A program made the position numbers and the translations under genes. From contig CAXXVD010000003.1 of assembly GCA_963662335.2 (NCBI GenBank), forward strand, positions 480,001 through 544,000: 64,000 nt of DNA, written 5' to 3'. This DNA is from Chloroflexota bacterium. Its GTDB lineage: Bacteria > Chloroflexota > UBA11872 > VXOZ01. The number at the start of each line of letters is the position of its first letter. Position 1 is the stretch's first letter. The notes under the pieces were generated by a model that saw only the letters and a program-made list of their open reading frames with translations, did no database searches and was not told the DNA's origin. Below, piece after piece: positions 16,882-27,101 of this stretch.

Positions 16882-18045
16882 TTATGCCGGATGCGGGCGG
16901 CTGAACGCGGCGTCGGGCGCGAGCGCAACGCCCCAGCCGGGCGCGTCGCTCAACTGCGCCTCGCCGTCTTGGGGCAGGGGTTCGCCTTTCAGAAAAGGAT
17001 GAATGGGCGCGATTGCCGTGCCGTCGCCGCTGCCAAAGATGAATTCGGCCATAGGACAGACCCCGTGCGCCGCCACGAAGTGGTAGGCCATCGCGCCGCC
17101 AATGTGGGGAATGACCTGCAGGCCGTGGGTTTCGGCCATGGCCGCCACGCGGCGCGCCACGGTGACGCCGCCGCACCAGGCGAGATCGGGTTGCAACACG
17201 TCGGCGCAGCCCTGCTTGATGAGTTCGTGAAAGCCGTAGTGGGTGTATTCGTGCTCGCCGCAGGCGATGTTGAGCCAGGGCAGACGTTTGCGCAAGGCGG
17301 CGTAACCGTCGTAATCGTCCGGCAGCAGCGGCTCTTCCAGCCAGTAGACGTCGTACTGCCGCAGGCGTTCCGCCATGGCGAGCGCGTACGGCACGTCCCA
17401 GCCCATCCAGGCGTCCACCATCAGCAGCATGTCCGGGCCGAGCGCATCGCGGGCAGCGGCGACTTGCGCCTCGTTGCGTCTCATGCCGTCGCGCCCATCG
17501 TGCGGGCCGTAGCGCATGAAGACCTTGTTGCGCGTAAAGCCCAGCGGCGGGTAGGCCTCGCTGCGGTTGCCGCTGGCGTAGAGGGGCACGCGCGGCGGCG
17601 CACCCTTGCCCGACCCGCGCGCGGCGCCGCCGAGCAGCGCGTAGACCGGTGCGCCGGCCGCCTGGCCTGCGATGTCCCAGAGCGCGTTGTCGATGGCGCT
17701 GAGCGCCATGATGGGCAGTCCCTTGCGCCCGTAGGGGAGCGTGGCGCGGAACATGAGGTCCCACAGCAGTTCCGTATCGCGCGGGTCCCGGCCGCGCAGC
17801 AGCGGTTTGAGGTGGCGTTCGATGATGTGGCAACTGGGCGCGCCGCCGCCGCCAATGCCGATTCCGCTAATGCCCTCGTCGGTAGTGACCCTGGCGATAG
17901 CGCGCGGTACCATGCCCTGCCACGAACTGCGGGTCTCGGCGTACTCCGGGTAGGCCGACATGGGGCTGGCCATGCGCTCCGCCACAAGCCAGCTAGGGCG
18001 CGTGGGCGCTTCCGGTATGAGGGCTTCGATTTCAACGATTTTCAT
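16882..18045 (-). CDS. L-rhamnonate dehydratase-like enolase superfamily protein
   Basis: PYGRKGL, SAIDNALWD, MVDAWMG, WLEEPL, GEHEYT, QPD. Confidence 0.88.
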   Translation of the reverse strand: MKIVEIEALIPEAPTRPSWLVAERMASPMSAYPEYAETRSSWQGMVPRAIARVTTDEGISGIGIGGGGAPSCHIIERHLKPLLRGRDPRDTELLWDLMFRATLPYGRKGLPIMALSAIDNALWDIAGQAAGAPVYALLGGAARGSGKGAPPRVPLYASGNRSEAYPPLGFTRNKVFMRYGPHDGRDGMRRNEAQVAAARDALGPDMLLMVDAWMGWDVPYALAMAERLRQYDVYWLEEPLLPDDYDGYAALRKRLPWLNIACGEHEYTHYGFHELIKQGCADVLQPDLAWCGGVTVARRVAAMAETHGLQVIPHIGGAMAYHFVAAHGVCPMAEFIFGSGDGTAIAPIHPFLKGEPLPQDGEAQLSDAPGWGVALAPDAAFSRPHPA

Positions 18046-18319
18046 GGATACCACCAGTACTCGTGCAGGCCGCGCAAGGGGGCAAGAAGAAGAGCGCGGC
18101 TCGTTGACCGCCACTGGGACTAATTGCTGTCATTCCGAGCGCAGCGAGGAATCTAGGGTCCATACGGCACGTAGATCTCCGCCAACGGCGCTGTAGATTC
18201 CTCACTGCGCTGCGCTCCGTTCGGAATGACATGACTACAGAGTCGATAGAGTCAATTGCGGGCAATATAGTCAAGCTCGGCCGACGGGCGGATAGTCCGG
18301 CATCGCCAAGAGCATTTGC

Positions 18320-19519
18320 CTACTCCCCCGTTCCCAGTCCCGCCGAGCCGGGCGCGGCGTCTTCCTTGCTTTCGTTTGTTGGATGCGGACGTTCCAGTTC
18401 GACCTCAGGCGCAAGGTCGTACCCCCAGCCGGGCGTTTCCGGCGGGCGCACCTGGCCGTTTTGCGGCAGCGGTTCGCCGCTGAAGAACGGCTGCACCGGC
18501 GCCAGTTCGCTGCCGTCGCCGGCGCGGAAGATGAACTCCACCAGCGGCGCGTTGCCGTGCGCGAGGCAAAAGTGGTAACTGGCGGTAGCGCCCACGTGGG
18601 GAATGACGTCGATGCCGTGGGGCTCGGCCATCTGCGCCGCGCGGTGGGCCTCGGTGATGCCGCCACACCAGGCGAGGTCGGGCTGCAAGATGTCGGCGCA
18701 GCCCCGTTGGATGAGCTCGTGGAACCCAAAGCGCGTGTACTCGTGCTCGCCGGTGGTGATGCGCGTCCAGGAGATGCGGCGGCGCAGTTCCGCGTAACCC
18801 TCGTAGTCGTCGGGCGGCAGCGCTTCCTCGATCCAGTAGACGTCGTAGGGGCGCAGGCGCTCGGCCATGCGCAGGGTGTAGGGCACGTCCCAGGCCATGT
18901 AGCAATCGAGCATCAGCAGCATGTCGGGACCCAGCGCCTCCCGCGCGCCGGCCACGTGCTCTTCGTTCAGCTTCATGCCCTCCACGCCGTCCCACGGGCC
19001 GTAGGGCATGGCGACCTTGTTGCCCACGAAACCCAGCGCCTCGTAGACCGCGGATTGGTTGCCGGTGGCGTAGACCGGGATTGCGGGCTTGGTGGCGCCG
19101 CCCAGCAGTTTGTAGACGGGCTGGCCGGCGGCCTTGCCCTTGATGTCCCACAGGGCGTTGTCCACGCCGCTGATCGCCATGAGCGGCAGCCCCTTGCGCC
19201 CGTAGGGCAGCGAGGCGCGGAACATCTGGTCCCAGAGGCGCTCCGTATCGCGGGGGTCCTGGCCGAGCAGCAGGCGCTTGAGGTGCTGCTCCACGATGAA
19301 GCAGGCCGGGTTGCCGCCGCCGCCCAGGCCGAGACCCTGCAGCCCGTCGTCGGTGGTGACGCGCACGATGATTGGCCCCAACGGCCCTTGCCACAACGCC
19401 CGCCGCGCGCCGTACTCGGCATAGCGCGACATGGGATTGGCCACCCGCACGTGGGAGAGCCAACTGGGCGGCTCTGGCGGCATGCGGGGAATGAAGGCTT
19501 GAACGTCGGTGATCTTCAC
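18320..19519 (-). CDS. L-rhamnonate dehydratase-like enolase superfamily protein (paralogue)
   Basis: ANPMSRY, PYGRKG, LDCYM, WIEEALPPDD, TTGEHEYT. Confidence 0.9.
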   Translation of the reverse strand: MKITDVQAFIPRMPPEPPSWLSHVRVANPMSRYAEYGARRALWQGPLGPIIVRVTTDDGLQGLGLGGGGNPACFIVEQHLKRLLLGQDPRDTERLWDQMFRASLPYGRKGLPLMAISGVDNALWDIKGKAAGQPVYKLLGGATKPAIPVYATGNQSAVYEALGFVGNKVAMPYGPWDGVEGMKLNEEHVAGAREALGPDMLLMLDCYMAWDVPYTLRMAERLRPYDVYWIEEALPPDDYEGYAELRRRISWTRITTGEHEYTRFGFHELIQRGCADILQPDLAWCGGITEAHRAAQMAEPHGIDVIPHVGATASYHFCLAHGNAPLVEFIFRAGDGSELAPVQPFFSGEPLPQNGQVRPPETPGWGYDLAPEVELERPHPTNESKEDAAPGSAGLGTGE

Positions 19520-19707
19520 GAGTTTGCCCCCTACTTTCGTCTCGTGCGCACGGCTTGGCGGTTCTACGTGTCCCCGGTAGTACCGTCTATGATAACCGGC
19601 AGGACGAGCGCGTGCCCACAGGGGGGCGCAAACGTGCTCTTTGGGTTAGGATTTGTACCAATTACCACGTTAGTTTCCGCAAATGTGTACAGGAGAGCAG
19701 GGAGAAC

Positions 19708-20247
19708 ATGCTCCTCTTGAAGCGCGCGCTTGTGCGTACGGCGCTCTTGATCCTCGGGTTGCATGCGCTTGGCTGCGGCGACCCCACCGCCGAATTGCTG
19801 GAAGGCATGGCGACGCGCGTCGCAGGTGAAGAAACGCCGCTGGCCTATGAAGCGGAGCTATGCGTCAACGATGCGCGCATTCGCGTGCTGGTGGCGGATA
19901 CGCCGGCGGAGCGGGCCGCGGGGCTGAGCGGCTACGCCGGTTTGCCGGCGGACGCGGGGATGCTGTTCGTCTTAGCCGAACCGGCGCGGCCGTCGTTCTG
20001 GATGAAGGGCATGGCGTTTGCCATTGACATAATTTGGATACGCGACGGGACGGTAACGCAAATTCATGGCGCGATTCCGCCTCCCGAAAGCGGCACGGCG
20101 GACGCCGACTTGCCCCGCTACGTGCCGGATGAACCGATCACCCATGTGCTGGAACTGCCGGCCGGCGCGGCGGCGCGCTACGGCATCACCGTCGGCGACC
20201 GCATTGCGCCGTGCGCAGGCGCAACGCCGGCGCCGGAAAGCAACTGA
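19708..20247 (+). CDS. DUF192 family lipoprotein
   Basis: LGC lipobox; VADTPAERAAGL, GMLF, FWMKGM, VLELPAG. Confidence 0.88.
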   Translation: MLLLKRALVRTALLILGLHALGCGDPTAELLEGMATRVAGEETPLAYEAELCVNDARIRVLVADTPAERAAGLSGYAGLPADAGMLFVLAEPARPSFWMKGMAFAIDIIWIRDGTVTQIHGAIPPPESGTADADLPRYVPDEPITHVLELPAGAAARYGITVGDRIAPCAGATPAPESN

Positions 20248-20294
20248 ACGGGCGCAGGTTGCAAACCTGCGCTTCCGGAGAGGGGATGGCCGGG

Positions 20295-20927
20295 CTAATC
20301 CTGGTCGGCAAGGGCGTCTTTGGCGAGCACGTCCTTAGCGCCCGCTTGGTGGTTGGCGAGGCGGGCGAGGGTGAAGAGCAGGTCGGAGAGGCGGTTGAGG
20401 TAGACCAGGATGGGTTTGGCGATTTCCTCTTCTTGCGCGAGGGCCACGGCAATCCGTTCCGCGCGGCGGCAGACGGCGCGGGCGAGGTGGAGCGCGGCGG
20501 CGGCGGGCGTGCCGCCGGGGAGGACGAAGTCCGTGAGCGGCGGGAGCTCCGCATCCGCTTTGTCGATGGCGCTTTCCAGATCCGCCGCGTGCTCCGGCGT
20601 GATGCGGGGCACGGTATATGCGCGCGGCTCCTGGGGTGTGGCGACGTCCGCGCCCATGATGAAGAGTTCGCCCTGGATGCGCTGGAGTAGCGCCCTCACC
20701 CTAGCCCTCTCCCCCAGGTGAGGAGGCAAGAGCTCGCCCGCCGTGGACTCAAGCTGCGTGCTGGGGTCGGTTTCCGTGTCAGGCAGGCGCACAAGTGCCA
20801 AGCCCAACGCGGCGCTCAATTCATCGATTGTGCCGATGAGTTCCATGCGCAGCGCGTGTTTGGGGACGCGCGCGCCGCCAAAGAGGGAGGTCTCGCCGTC
20901 GTCACCGCCGCCGGTGTAGATGGGCAT
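20295..20927 (-). CDS. PduO-type cob(I)alamin adenosyltransferase
   Basis: IYTGGGDDGET, GTIDEL, FVLPGG, ARAVCRRAER, YLNRLSDLLF. Confidence 0.92.
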   Translation of the reverse strand: MPIYTGGGDDGETSLFGGARVPKHALRMELIGTIDELSAALGLALVRLPDTETDPSTQLESTAGELLPPHLGERARVRALLQRIQGELFIMGADVATPQEPRAYTVPRITPEHAADLESAIDKADAELPPLTDFVLPGGTPAAAALHLARAVCRRAERIAVALAQEEEIAKPILVYLNRLSDLLFTLARLANHQAGAKDVLAKDALADQD

Positions 20928-21402
20928 GTAAAGCCTCTATCTGGTATGGGTTGCCTTTGGGTCTAAATGCGGAATTGCAGATGTCTACAAAATCGTTGAC
21001 ATACTTAGCGCTTAGAGCAGGAGGGTCGTTTACCGCGCGCGCCTGATGCACATGTCATTCCGAACGAAGCGTAGCGGAGTGAGGAATCTAGAGTGCCGAG
21101 CCTACTGATCTGCCTGTAGCATGGCCCTAGATTCCGCGAACACTGTTCGACGCTGCGCTCGGAATGACAGAGAATGGTGACACCCTCTCTAATAGGAAGC
21201 GGATTCTGTCAACGAATTGCCTGGCGCGCCCAATTCCACTCGCTCTTTGGAACCGTGCAAGCAGCCATGCCAGTCAGGCCACTGGATTCCGGCTTTCGCC
21301 GGAATGACGGTCTGTTCTTGCCGGCCGGAACCACCTTGCCGAAGCAAACTTTCAAAGAGTGGCGAGTGTAGCGCAGTCGGATGCTAAACGCATGGGAAAG
21401 CG

Positions 21403-22338
21403 CTACCCGTTGGAAGCGGCGCGGAGCATGTCGCGCATGGCCTGCACCAGGGCCAGGCCCTCGTCCCAGGGCCGTTGGAAGCAATTGCGGCCAAAGATGA
21501 AGCCGGTAGCGCCGGACTGCACCGCGATGCGCGCCTTTTCCAGGGCCTCTTCGTCGCTGGCGCGGGAACTGCCCGAAATCAGCACCAGCGTCTTCCCCGC
21601 CGACTGCACCGCCTTGGCCAGCGCCTCTTCCGCCGTGACCTGCATCGTGTCATACGGCGCGGGCGAGAGCTTGTCCTTCTCCGGGTCGATCTTGGGGATG
21701 TTTATCTTCACCACGTCCGCGCCGAGTTCTGAAGCCACGCGCGCGGCGTAGTCGATGGCGTAGAAGCTGTCGCGGCCGCCTTTGGCCTCCATGTGCTGGC
21801 CGCGCGGATAGGCCCACATGATCGTGGGCATGCCGAAGCGGTCGGCGTCCTGGCGCACCTGCCGCCACTGGGCGAAGTCCTCGTCCTGGCGCGACGAACC
21901 CATGTAGAGCGTGTAGCCGACGGCGTCGGCCCCCAAGCGCACGGCGTCTTCCACCGTGGCCTGGATGGGATTGAGCGGATCGTCGTCGGGCGGGATGTTC
22001 GTCTTGCCGTTCAGCTTCAGCACCAGCGGCATGCGGCCGGCGTAGGGGCGCATGTACTTCAGGGCCGTGCCGTACTGCAAGGCTACGCCCGAAAACCCGC
22101 CCTCCAGCGCCAGCCGCCAGATGTAGTCCGGGTCCAGCGCAGCGGGATTGTCGAAGAAGTCCACCGGCCCGTGCTCCATGCCGTGGTCCACCGGCAAGAG
22201 CATCATGGCGCCGTTGCCGGGGCCGTAGCCGTAGAGCAGCCGCTGCAAACGCGCGTGCTTGCCCGGGCTTAGTTCAAGATCGTCCAGCGTGACTCGTCTC
22301 ACCGCGGTCGAGTTTGCGTTGGCGACAGAGTCGGCCAT
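21403..22338 (-). CDS. Class I fructose-bisphosphate aldolase (DhnA family)
   Basis: ATG 22338 after AGGAGG; LPVDHGMEHGP, WAYPRG, ELGADVVK, IFGRN. Confidence 0.9.
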   Translation of the reverse strand: MADSVANANSTAVRRVTLDDLELSPGKHARLQRLLYGYGPGNGAMMLLPVDHGMEHGPVDFFDNPAALDPDYIWRLALEGGFSGVALQYGTALKYMRPYAGRMPLVLKLNGKTNIPPDDDPLNPIQATVEDAVRLGADAVGYTLYMGSSRQDEDFAQWRQVRQDADRFGMPTIMWAYPRGQHMEAKGGRDSFYAIDYAARVASELGADVVKINIPKIDPEKDKLSPAPYDTMQVTAEEALAKAVQSAGKTLVLISGSSRASDEEALEKARIAVQSGATGFIFGRNCFQRPWDEGLALVQAMRDMLRAASNG

Positions 22339-22632
22339 GGTTGACCTCCTTATTGCACTACCGTGAAGGATGTCTTGGAGCGCACGCCCACCCTGCGCTC
22401 CCGGCTTCAGCGTCCACCGTTCCGCTTTCCCCTTTACTCTAGCATCTACACCGCTGCGGGAACGAGTCAGGCGGCGCGCTTGCGTCGCTTGGTCCGCCTC
22501 TTGGTAGCGCAGGATTGCAGCGTACGCCCGCATCGCGCCAAGCCGGACGATGGCAAATGGAAACGCGCCCATCGCTGCCGGTATTATTGATGTCTGGCAC
22601 GATAACATGCGCTACGGCAAGGAAGGGGCGCA

Positions 22633-23010
22633 ATGCAAAGCAACGAGAAGAATCAGCGGGCGGACGAATACTTGCAGACCAGCCATGTCTCTCTCCGGCA
22701 CGCGCAGCGCAGACTCGAGGCAGGCGACTTGCGCCAAGCCTCTGAAAGAGCCTGGGGCGCGGCGGCGCAGGCCGTGAAAGCGCTCGCCGAACAGAGAGGC
22801 TGGAAGCACTACACTCACGCGCACCTGTTCCAGCACGTAGACCGGTTTTCCGCTGAACTGGATAGCGCCGAACTCGGTAGGCTCTTCAGGAGCGCGAACT
22901 CCTTGCACGTCAACTTCTACGAGGGCGATCAGACGGACGTAGCCGTGCGCGGCGGCATCGAGGACGTGCGGCAGTTCGTGGGTAAGCTCGACGCCATCTT
23001 TGCGCGCTAG
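22633..23010 (+). CDS. PaREP1/HEPN-like protein
   Basis: GDLRQASERAWGAA..VKALA...LHVNFYE. Confidence 0.85.
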   Translation: MQSNEKNQRADEYLQTSHVSLRHAQRRLEAGDLRQASERAWGAAAQAVKALAEQRGWKHYTHAHLFQHVDRFSAELDSAELGRLFRSANSLHVNFYEGDQTDVAVRGGIEDVRQFVGKLDAIFAR

Positions 23011-23274
23011 GGAAGGTCGCCTTCTCGTAGCCTGACCTTGGGCGAAAAACCTCGCAGAGGGTGGGCGATTGGCTCCCTGCCGCTCCCTTTCAATCGGGCG
23101 CTGCGCCTTTCGCGCCTGCGGCAATGTGCGCTGCTCTGTATCTTGGCAATAGTCTTAGCCCGTGCTATACTACCTGCGCCTAAGTAGGTATGACGCGGGA
23201 TTGTGTGTGTGATACACTGCTTGGCAGTTGAGTTGATGGACTCTATAAGCACGGTTTCATACAGGAGGAGACCG

Positions 23275-24663
23275 ATGGAGACCAAGTTTACCCGCAGGAT
23301 GCTCATCGGCACGGCGGGCGCGCTGGGCGGCGGCGCATTGTTTGCCGCTTGCGCCACGGGCGGCGCAATGGCCCCGGCGGATGATGCGCCGGCCGAGGAA
23401 GAGGGCGAGGCCGCGGCCGAACAGGACATGGGCCCCATGGAAGTCAAGTTCTGGACGTACCAGGACTTCCTGCTGGAAGGCCACATCGGCAACGTGCTGC
23501 TCAACGAGTTCCAGGAAGCCAATCCCAACGTCGAACTGTCGCTCACGCCGACCCACATCGGCAGCGGCAGCAAAGAGAAGCTGATCACCGCGGCCGCGGC
23601 CGGCGCGCCGCCGGACGTCTTCTACATGGACCGCTATCTGGCCGGCCAGCTTTCCGCGCCGGGCTTCCTCCTGAACCTGAACGACCACATCAAGGCGACG
23701 GCGGCGTTTAGCTGGGACGACATCTGGCCCAAGCTGCGGGACGACTGCACGTGGAAGGGCAACATCTACGGCGTGGGCCTGCACACCGACGCCCGCACGT
23801 ACATGTTCAACGCGGACCACTTCATCGAAGTGGGCCTGGATCCGGAAAGCCCGCCCACCACGTGGGATGAACTGGAATCGGCCACGCTCCTGCTCCACAA
23901 GGCGGGTCAGGACGGCGTGATCGAGCGGCTTGGCTACTCCACCGGCCCGCCAGGCAATCCGCCGGTCGGCTTGCAGTGGTACATCCACTTCTGGCAGCAG
24001 GGCGGCGAATACCTCACGCCCGACAATAAGAACGTCAACTTCGACAATGAGTTGGGCGTGAACGCGCTCAAGTTCATGATCAACATGGTCGACCTTTGCG
24101 GCGGCAACGTGCGCATCGACGAGTTCCTGGGCCAGCAGCGGCCCGATCGCAACGATGCCTTCACCACCGGCGGCGTTTCGCAGATGATCGGCGGCCACTG
24201 GTATGCCGCCACGTACCGCAAGGCGTGGGAATCGGCAATCAACTTCAAGTCGGCGCCGATGCCGCTGCCGCCGGACGGCGTGGCCACCAACTACCAGGGC
24301 GGCTGGGCGCTGGCGCAGCCCCAGGGCGCGGCCAATGCCGACGGGGGCTTCTCCCTCATCGAGTTCTTCTTGGACGGGGACGTCAACCTGCGCTGGTCGG
24401 TCGGCGCCGGCGACTACATTCCCGCGCTCCAGTCGGCGTCATTCGGCGGCTACCTGGAGCAGGTGCCTGAGGCTTCGGCCTACCTGGCGGAACTGGAACT
24501 GGCCAAGTGGGTGCCGGTTATCCCCGGCAACGATGAGATCATCGGCATCAACATCGACATCTGGTTCCGGGCCTACGCCAAGGAGATCACGCCCGAAGAG
24601 GCCAACAAGGAGCACGCCGACCGCGTGCAAGAGGTCCTCAACAAGTGGGCAGATCAACTGTAG
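23275..24663 (+). CDS. ABC sugar-type solute-binding lipoprotein (Tat signal)
   Basis: AGGAGGAG RBS; TRRML..LFAAC; PPTTWDEL. Confidence 0.88.
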   Translation: METKFTRRMLIGTAGALGGGALFAACATGGAMAPADDAPAEEEGEAAAEQDMGPMEVKFWTYQDFLLEGHIGNVLLNEFQEANPNVELSLTPTHIGSGSKEKLITAAAAGAPPDVFYMDRYLAGQLSAPGFLLNLNDHIKATAAFSWDDIWPKLRDDCTWKGNIYGVGLHTDARTYMFNADHFIEVGLDPESPPTTWDELESATLLLHKAGQDGVIERLGYSTGPPGNPPVGLQWYIHFWQQGGEYLTPDNKNVNFDNELGVNALKFMINMVDLCGGNVRIDEFLGQQRPDRNDAFTTGGVSQMIGGHWYAATYRKAWESAINFKSAPMPLPPDGVATNYQGGWALAQPQGAANADGGFSLIEFFLDGDVNLRWSVGAGDYIPALQSASFGGYLEQVPEASAYLAELELAKWVPVIPGNDEIIGINIDIWFRAYAKEITPEEANKEHADRVQEVLNKWADQL

Positions 24664-24769
24664 ACGGCGTACTTCGCTAGGCAGCGCCGCCGGCTCCCGG
24701 TTCCGTACGCGCGTACGGGACAGGCTGGGAGCGTGCCTGCCCTGAGTTTGTTGTAAGGATCGAGAAAGG

Positions 24770-25090
24770 TAGAACGCCACTCCCGCCGTTCGTGCTGAGC
24801 TTGTTGAAGCGCGAACGGCGGGAGTGGCGTTCTATTTTCACAAGCAAGTCACGTCTCATGGTCGTCACGCGCGTCGCAAGCCCAATGTTGTCGTGTTAAT
24901 CCGGTGCTTATGCCGTTCACCCTTCGACTTGGCGCAGGGCGAACGGCAAGAGCATGGGATCGTTGGCCTTGGGCGCTCTACCCCCCGTTCATACTTCGAC
25001 AGGCTCAGCACGAACGGGGGGGGGTAGAGCGCCACAACCGCTACTTCGTTTTCTTCCCCGTTCACCCTTCGGCAAACTCAGGATGAACGC
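24770..25090. repeat. Cluster of CCGTTC..CTTCGACA(A/G)GCTCAG..CGAACGG palindromes
   Basis: Four related hairpins; others near 394-425, 60716, 60973. Confidence 0.75.
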
Positions 25091-25279
25091 CGCGACGAAG
25101 AATTTCGATTCGGGAGCATGTTGGATTTCTCGCTGCGCTCGGAATGACAGAAGCTGTTAATGCTGTCTCGCGGACAGGAATGTTCTCGACAAAGTGAGTC
25201 AACATTTATGGGAATAACATGAACCGCTACCTTGTAAAGACTGCAAGCCAAGATCTACTTATTCCCGCTTGCTCGTCGT

Positions 25280-25308
25280 TTGACTAGATAGTCTAATTTT
25301 CCTATAAT
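25280..25308 (+). promoter_or_regulatory. Consensus promoter with TetR-like palindrome
   Basis: TTGACT, 17 bp, TATAAT; GACTA-GA-TAGTC overlaps the -35. Confidence 0.65.
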
Positions 25309-25336
25309 AGTTTTCAATAATGAAAGGAGCGCAGGT

Positions 25337-26248
25337 ATGGATGACCCGCTGCCGGCAACGCCTGACTATACGATGGGCTTTAGCGAGGAATTCATCCATG
25401 CGCTGCGGCGGTTTACGGCGGATACGAGCGCCGCGCACCTCTTGCCCTGCCTCAGGCCCGGGCAGCGCTTGCTGGACTTTGGCTGCGGGCCGGGCACCAT
25501 CTCGTCGGGATTGGCCGGGGCGGTGGCTCCCGGCGAAATGCACGGCGTCGACATGGAAGAGTCCCAGGTGGAGTTGGCGCGTTCCGTCGCCCGGGCGCAT
25601 GGCCGCGACAACGCCCAGTTCCACGTTGGCGACGTGACGGACCTGCCGTTCGATGACGGCTACTTCGACGTTGCCCACTGCTCGAACGTGCTCATGCACG
25701 TGCCCGACACCGCCGCCGTGCTGGACGAGATAATGCGGGTCTTGAAGCCCGGCGGCATCCTGGCGTGCCGGGAGATGATCGTCGACGCCAGCTTCTCCCA
25801 TCCCACCCTTGGCGTTCTGGACAGAGCATGGGACATGTTCGCGGATCTCCTGATCGCCGACGACGGCCACCCGAATATGGGCAAGCGGTTGAAGAATCAC
25901 GTCGTGGCGGCCGGGTTTGCCAACGTGCGGATACAGTTGACGTTCGATTCATTCAGCGCGCCCGCGGACGTCATGTTCATCTACGGCGTGGCCCAGCAGT
26001 GGTTCTTGTCCCCGGAAATCACGGAAGCGGCCATCAAGTACGGCGCCTCCACGCGGGAACTCTGCGACAGCATCGGCGCCGCCTATGAGGATTGGCTCGC
26101 CCACCCCGGCGCTTTCGCCGCCGTTGCCTACGGCGAAGCCCTGGCCACCCGGCCGTCGTTTGACGGGGGGGGGGGGGGTACCTCCAAGCCCTCGAGGCGT
26201 GAGCGCCTCCCGGCTTCCCTGACACCGCCGACACTACCGCTATCGTAG
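25337..26248 (+). CDS. Class I SAM-dependent methyltransferase
   Basis: LLDFGCGPG, GDVTDLPFDD..FD, RVLKPGG. Confidence 0.9.
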   Translation: MDDPLPATPDYTMGFSEEFIHALRRFTADTSAAHLLPCLRPGQRLLDFGCGPGTISSGLAGAVAPGEMHGVDMEESQVELARSVARAHGRDNAQFHVGDVTDLPFDDGYFDVAHCSNVLMHVPDTAAVLDEIMRVLKPGGILACREMIVDASFSHPTLGVLDRAWDMFADLLIADDGHPNMGKRLKNHVVAAGFANVRIQLTFDSFSAPADVMFIYGVAQQWFLSPEITEAAIKYGASTRELCDSIGAAYEDWLAHPGAFAAVAYGEALATRPSFDGGGGGTSKPSRRERLPASLTPPTLPLS

Positions 26249-26273
26249 CGCACCGCAAAGGAGCGTGCCACGT

Positions 26274-27101
26274 ATGGACGAACGACCGCCGGGAGCGCCC
26301 CCAAAAGCGGCGTATACGCGCGAGGAACTCTACAGTTTCGCACAGAAGTACAGCGCGGCATCCAGCGCCCGGCATCTGTTGCCGTTGCTCGGGCCGGGCC
26401 TGCGGCTGTTGGACTTTGGCTGCGGCCTGGGCACCATATCCACCGGCTTGGCCGACGCAATCGCGCCCGGCGAGTTGCACGGCGTCGACGTGGACGGCTG
26501 GCAGATTGAAATTGCGCGGTTCGTCGCGCGGGAGCGCGGCTGCCAGAACGCGCACTTCCAGGTGGGCGACGTGACCGACCTGCCGTTCGAGGACGACTTC
26601 TTCGATGTTGCCCACGGCCACAACGTGCTCATGCACGTGCCGGATACCGCCGCCGCCCTGGCCGAGTTGAAACGGGTCTTGAAACCCGGCGGCGTGCTGG
26701 CCTGCCGCGAGATGATCGTCGGCTCATGCTTTGGACATCCCGACTTTGGCGTCACGGCAAGTTCCTGGGAGATGTTCGCGGACATGATCGGGTCTGAAGA
26801 CGGCCATCCGCAGATGGGCAAGGACATGAAGGAACACATCGTTGCGGCCGGCTTCGAGAACCTCCGGGTTACGGCGTCGTTCGACACGTACAGCGCGCCG
26901 GCAGACGTAGCCTTCGCGTACGCCTTTGCCCTCAAGTGGTTCTTGTCGCGCGACTTTACGGACGCGGCGATCAAGTACGGGGCGACCACGGAGGAACTCG
27001 CCGCGAAGGTCCGCACCGCCCACGATAAGTGGAAAGACCATCACGGGGCGATTGCGGCCGTGGCGCATGGCGAGGCCATCTCCAATAAGCCCGCGGCCTA
27101 G
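26274..27101 (+). CDS. Class I SAM-dependent methyltransferase (tandem paralogue)
   Basis: LLDFGCGLG, RVLKPGG; co-linear with upstream gene. Confidence 0.9.
   Translation: MDERPPGAPPKAAYTREELYSFAQKYSAASSARHLLPLLGPGLRLLDFGCGLGTISTGLADAIAPGELHGVDVDGWQIEIARFVARERGCQNAHFQVGDVTDLPFEDDFFDVAHGHNVLMHVPDTAAALAELKRVLKPGGVLACREMIVGSCFGHPDFGVTASSWEMFADMIGSEDGHPQMGKDMKEHIVAAGFENLRVTASFDTYSAPADVAFAYAFALKWFLSRDFTDAAIKYGATTEELAAKVRTAHDKWKDHHGAIAAVAHGEAISNKPAA

Noticed and set aside
26165-26273. Poly-G slippage fusing the two methyltransferases
   Set aside because: TGA at 26220-26222 blocks the frame of the second gene
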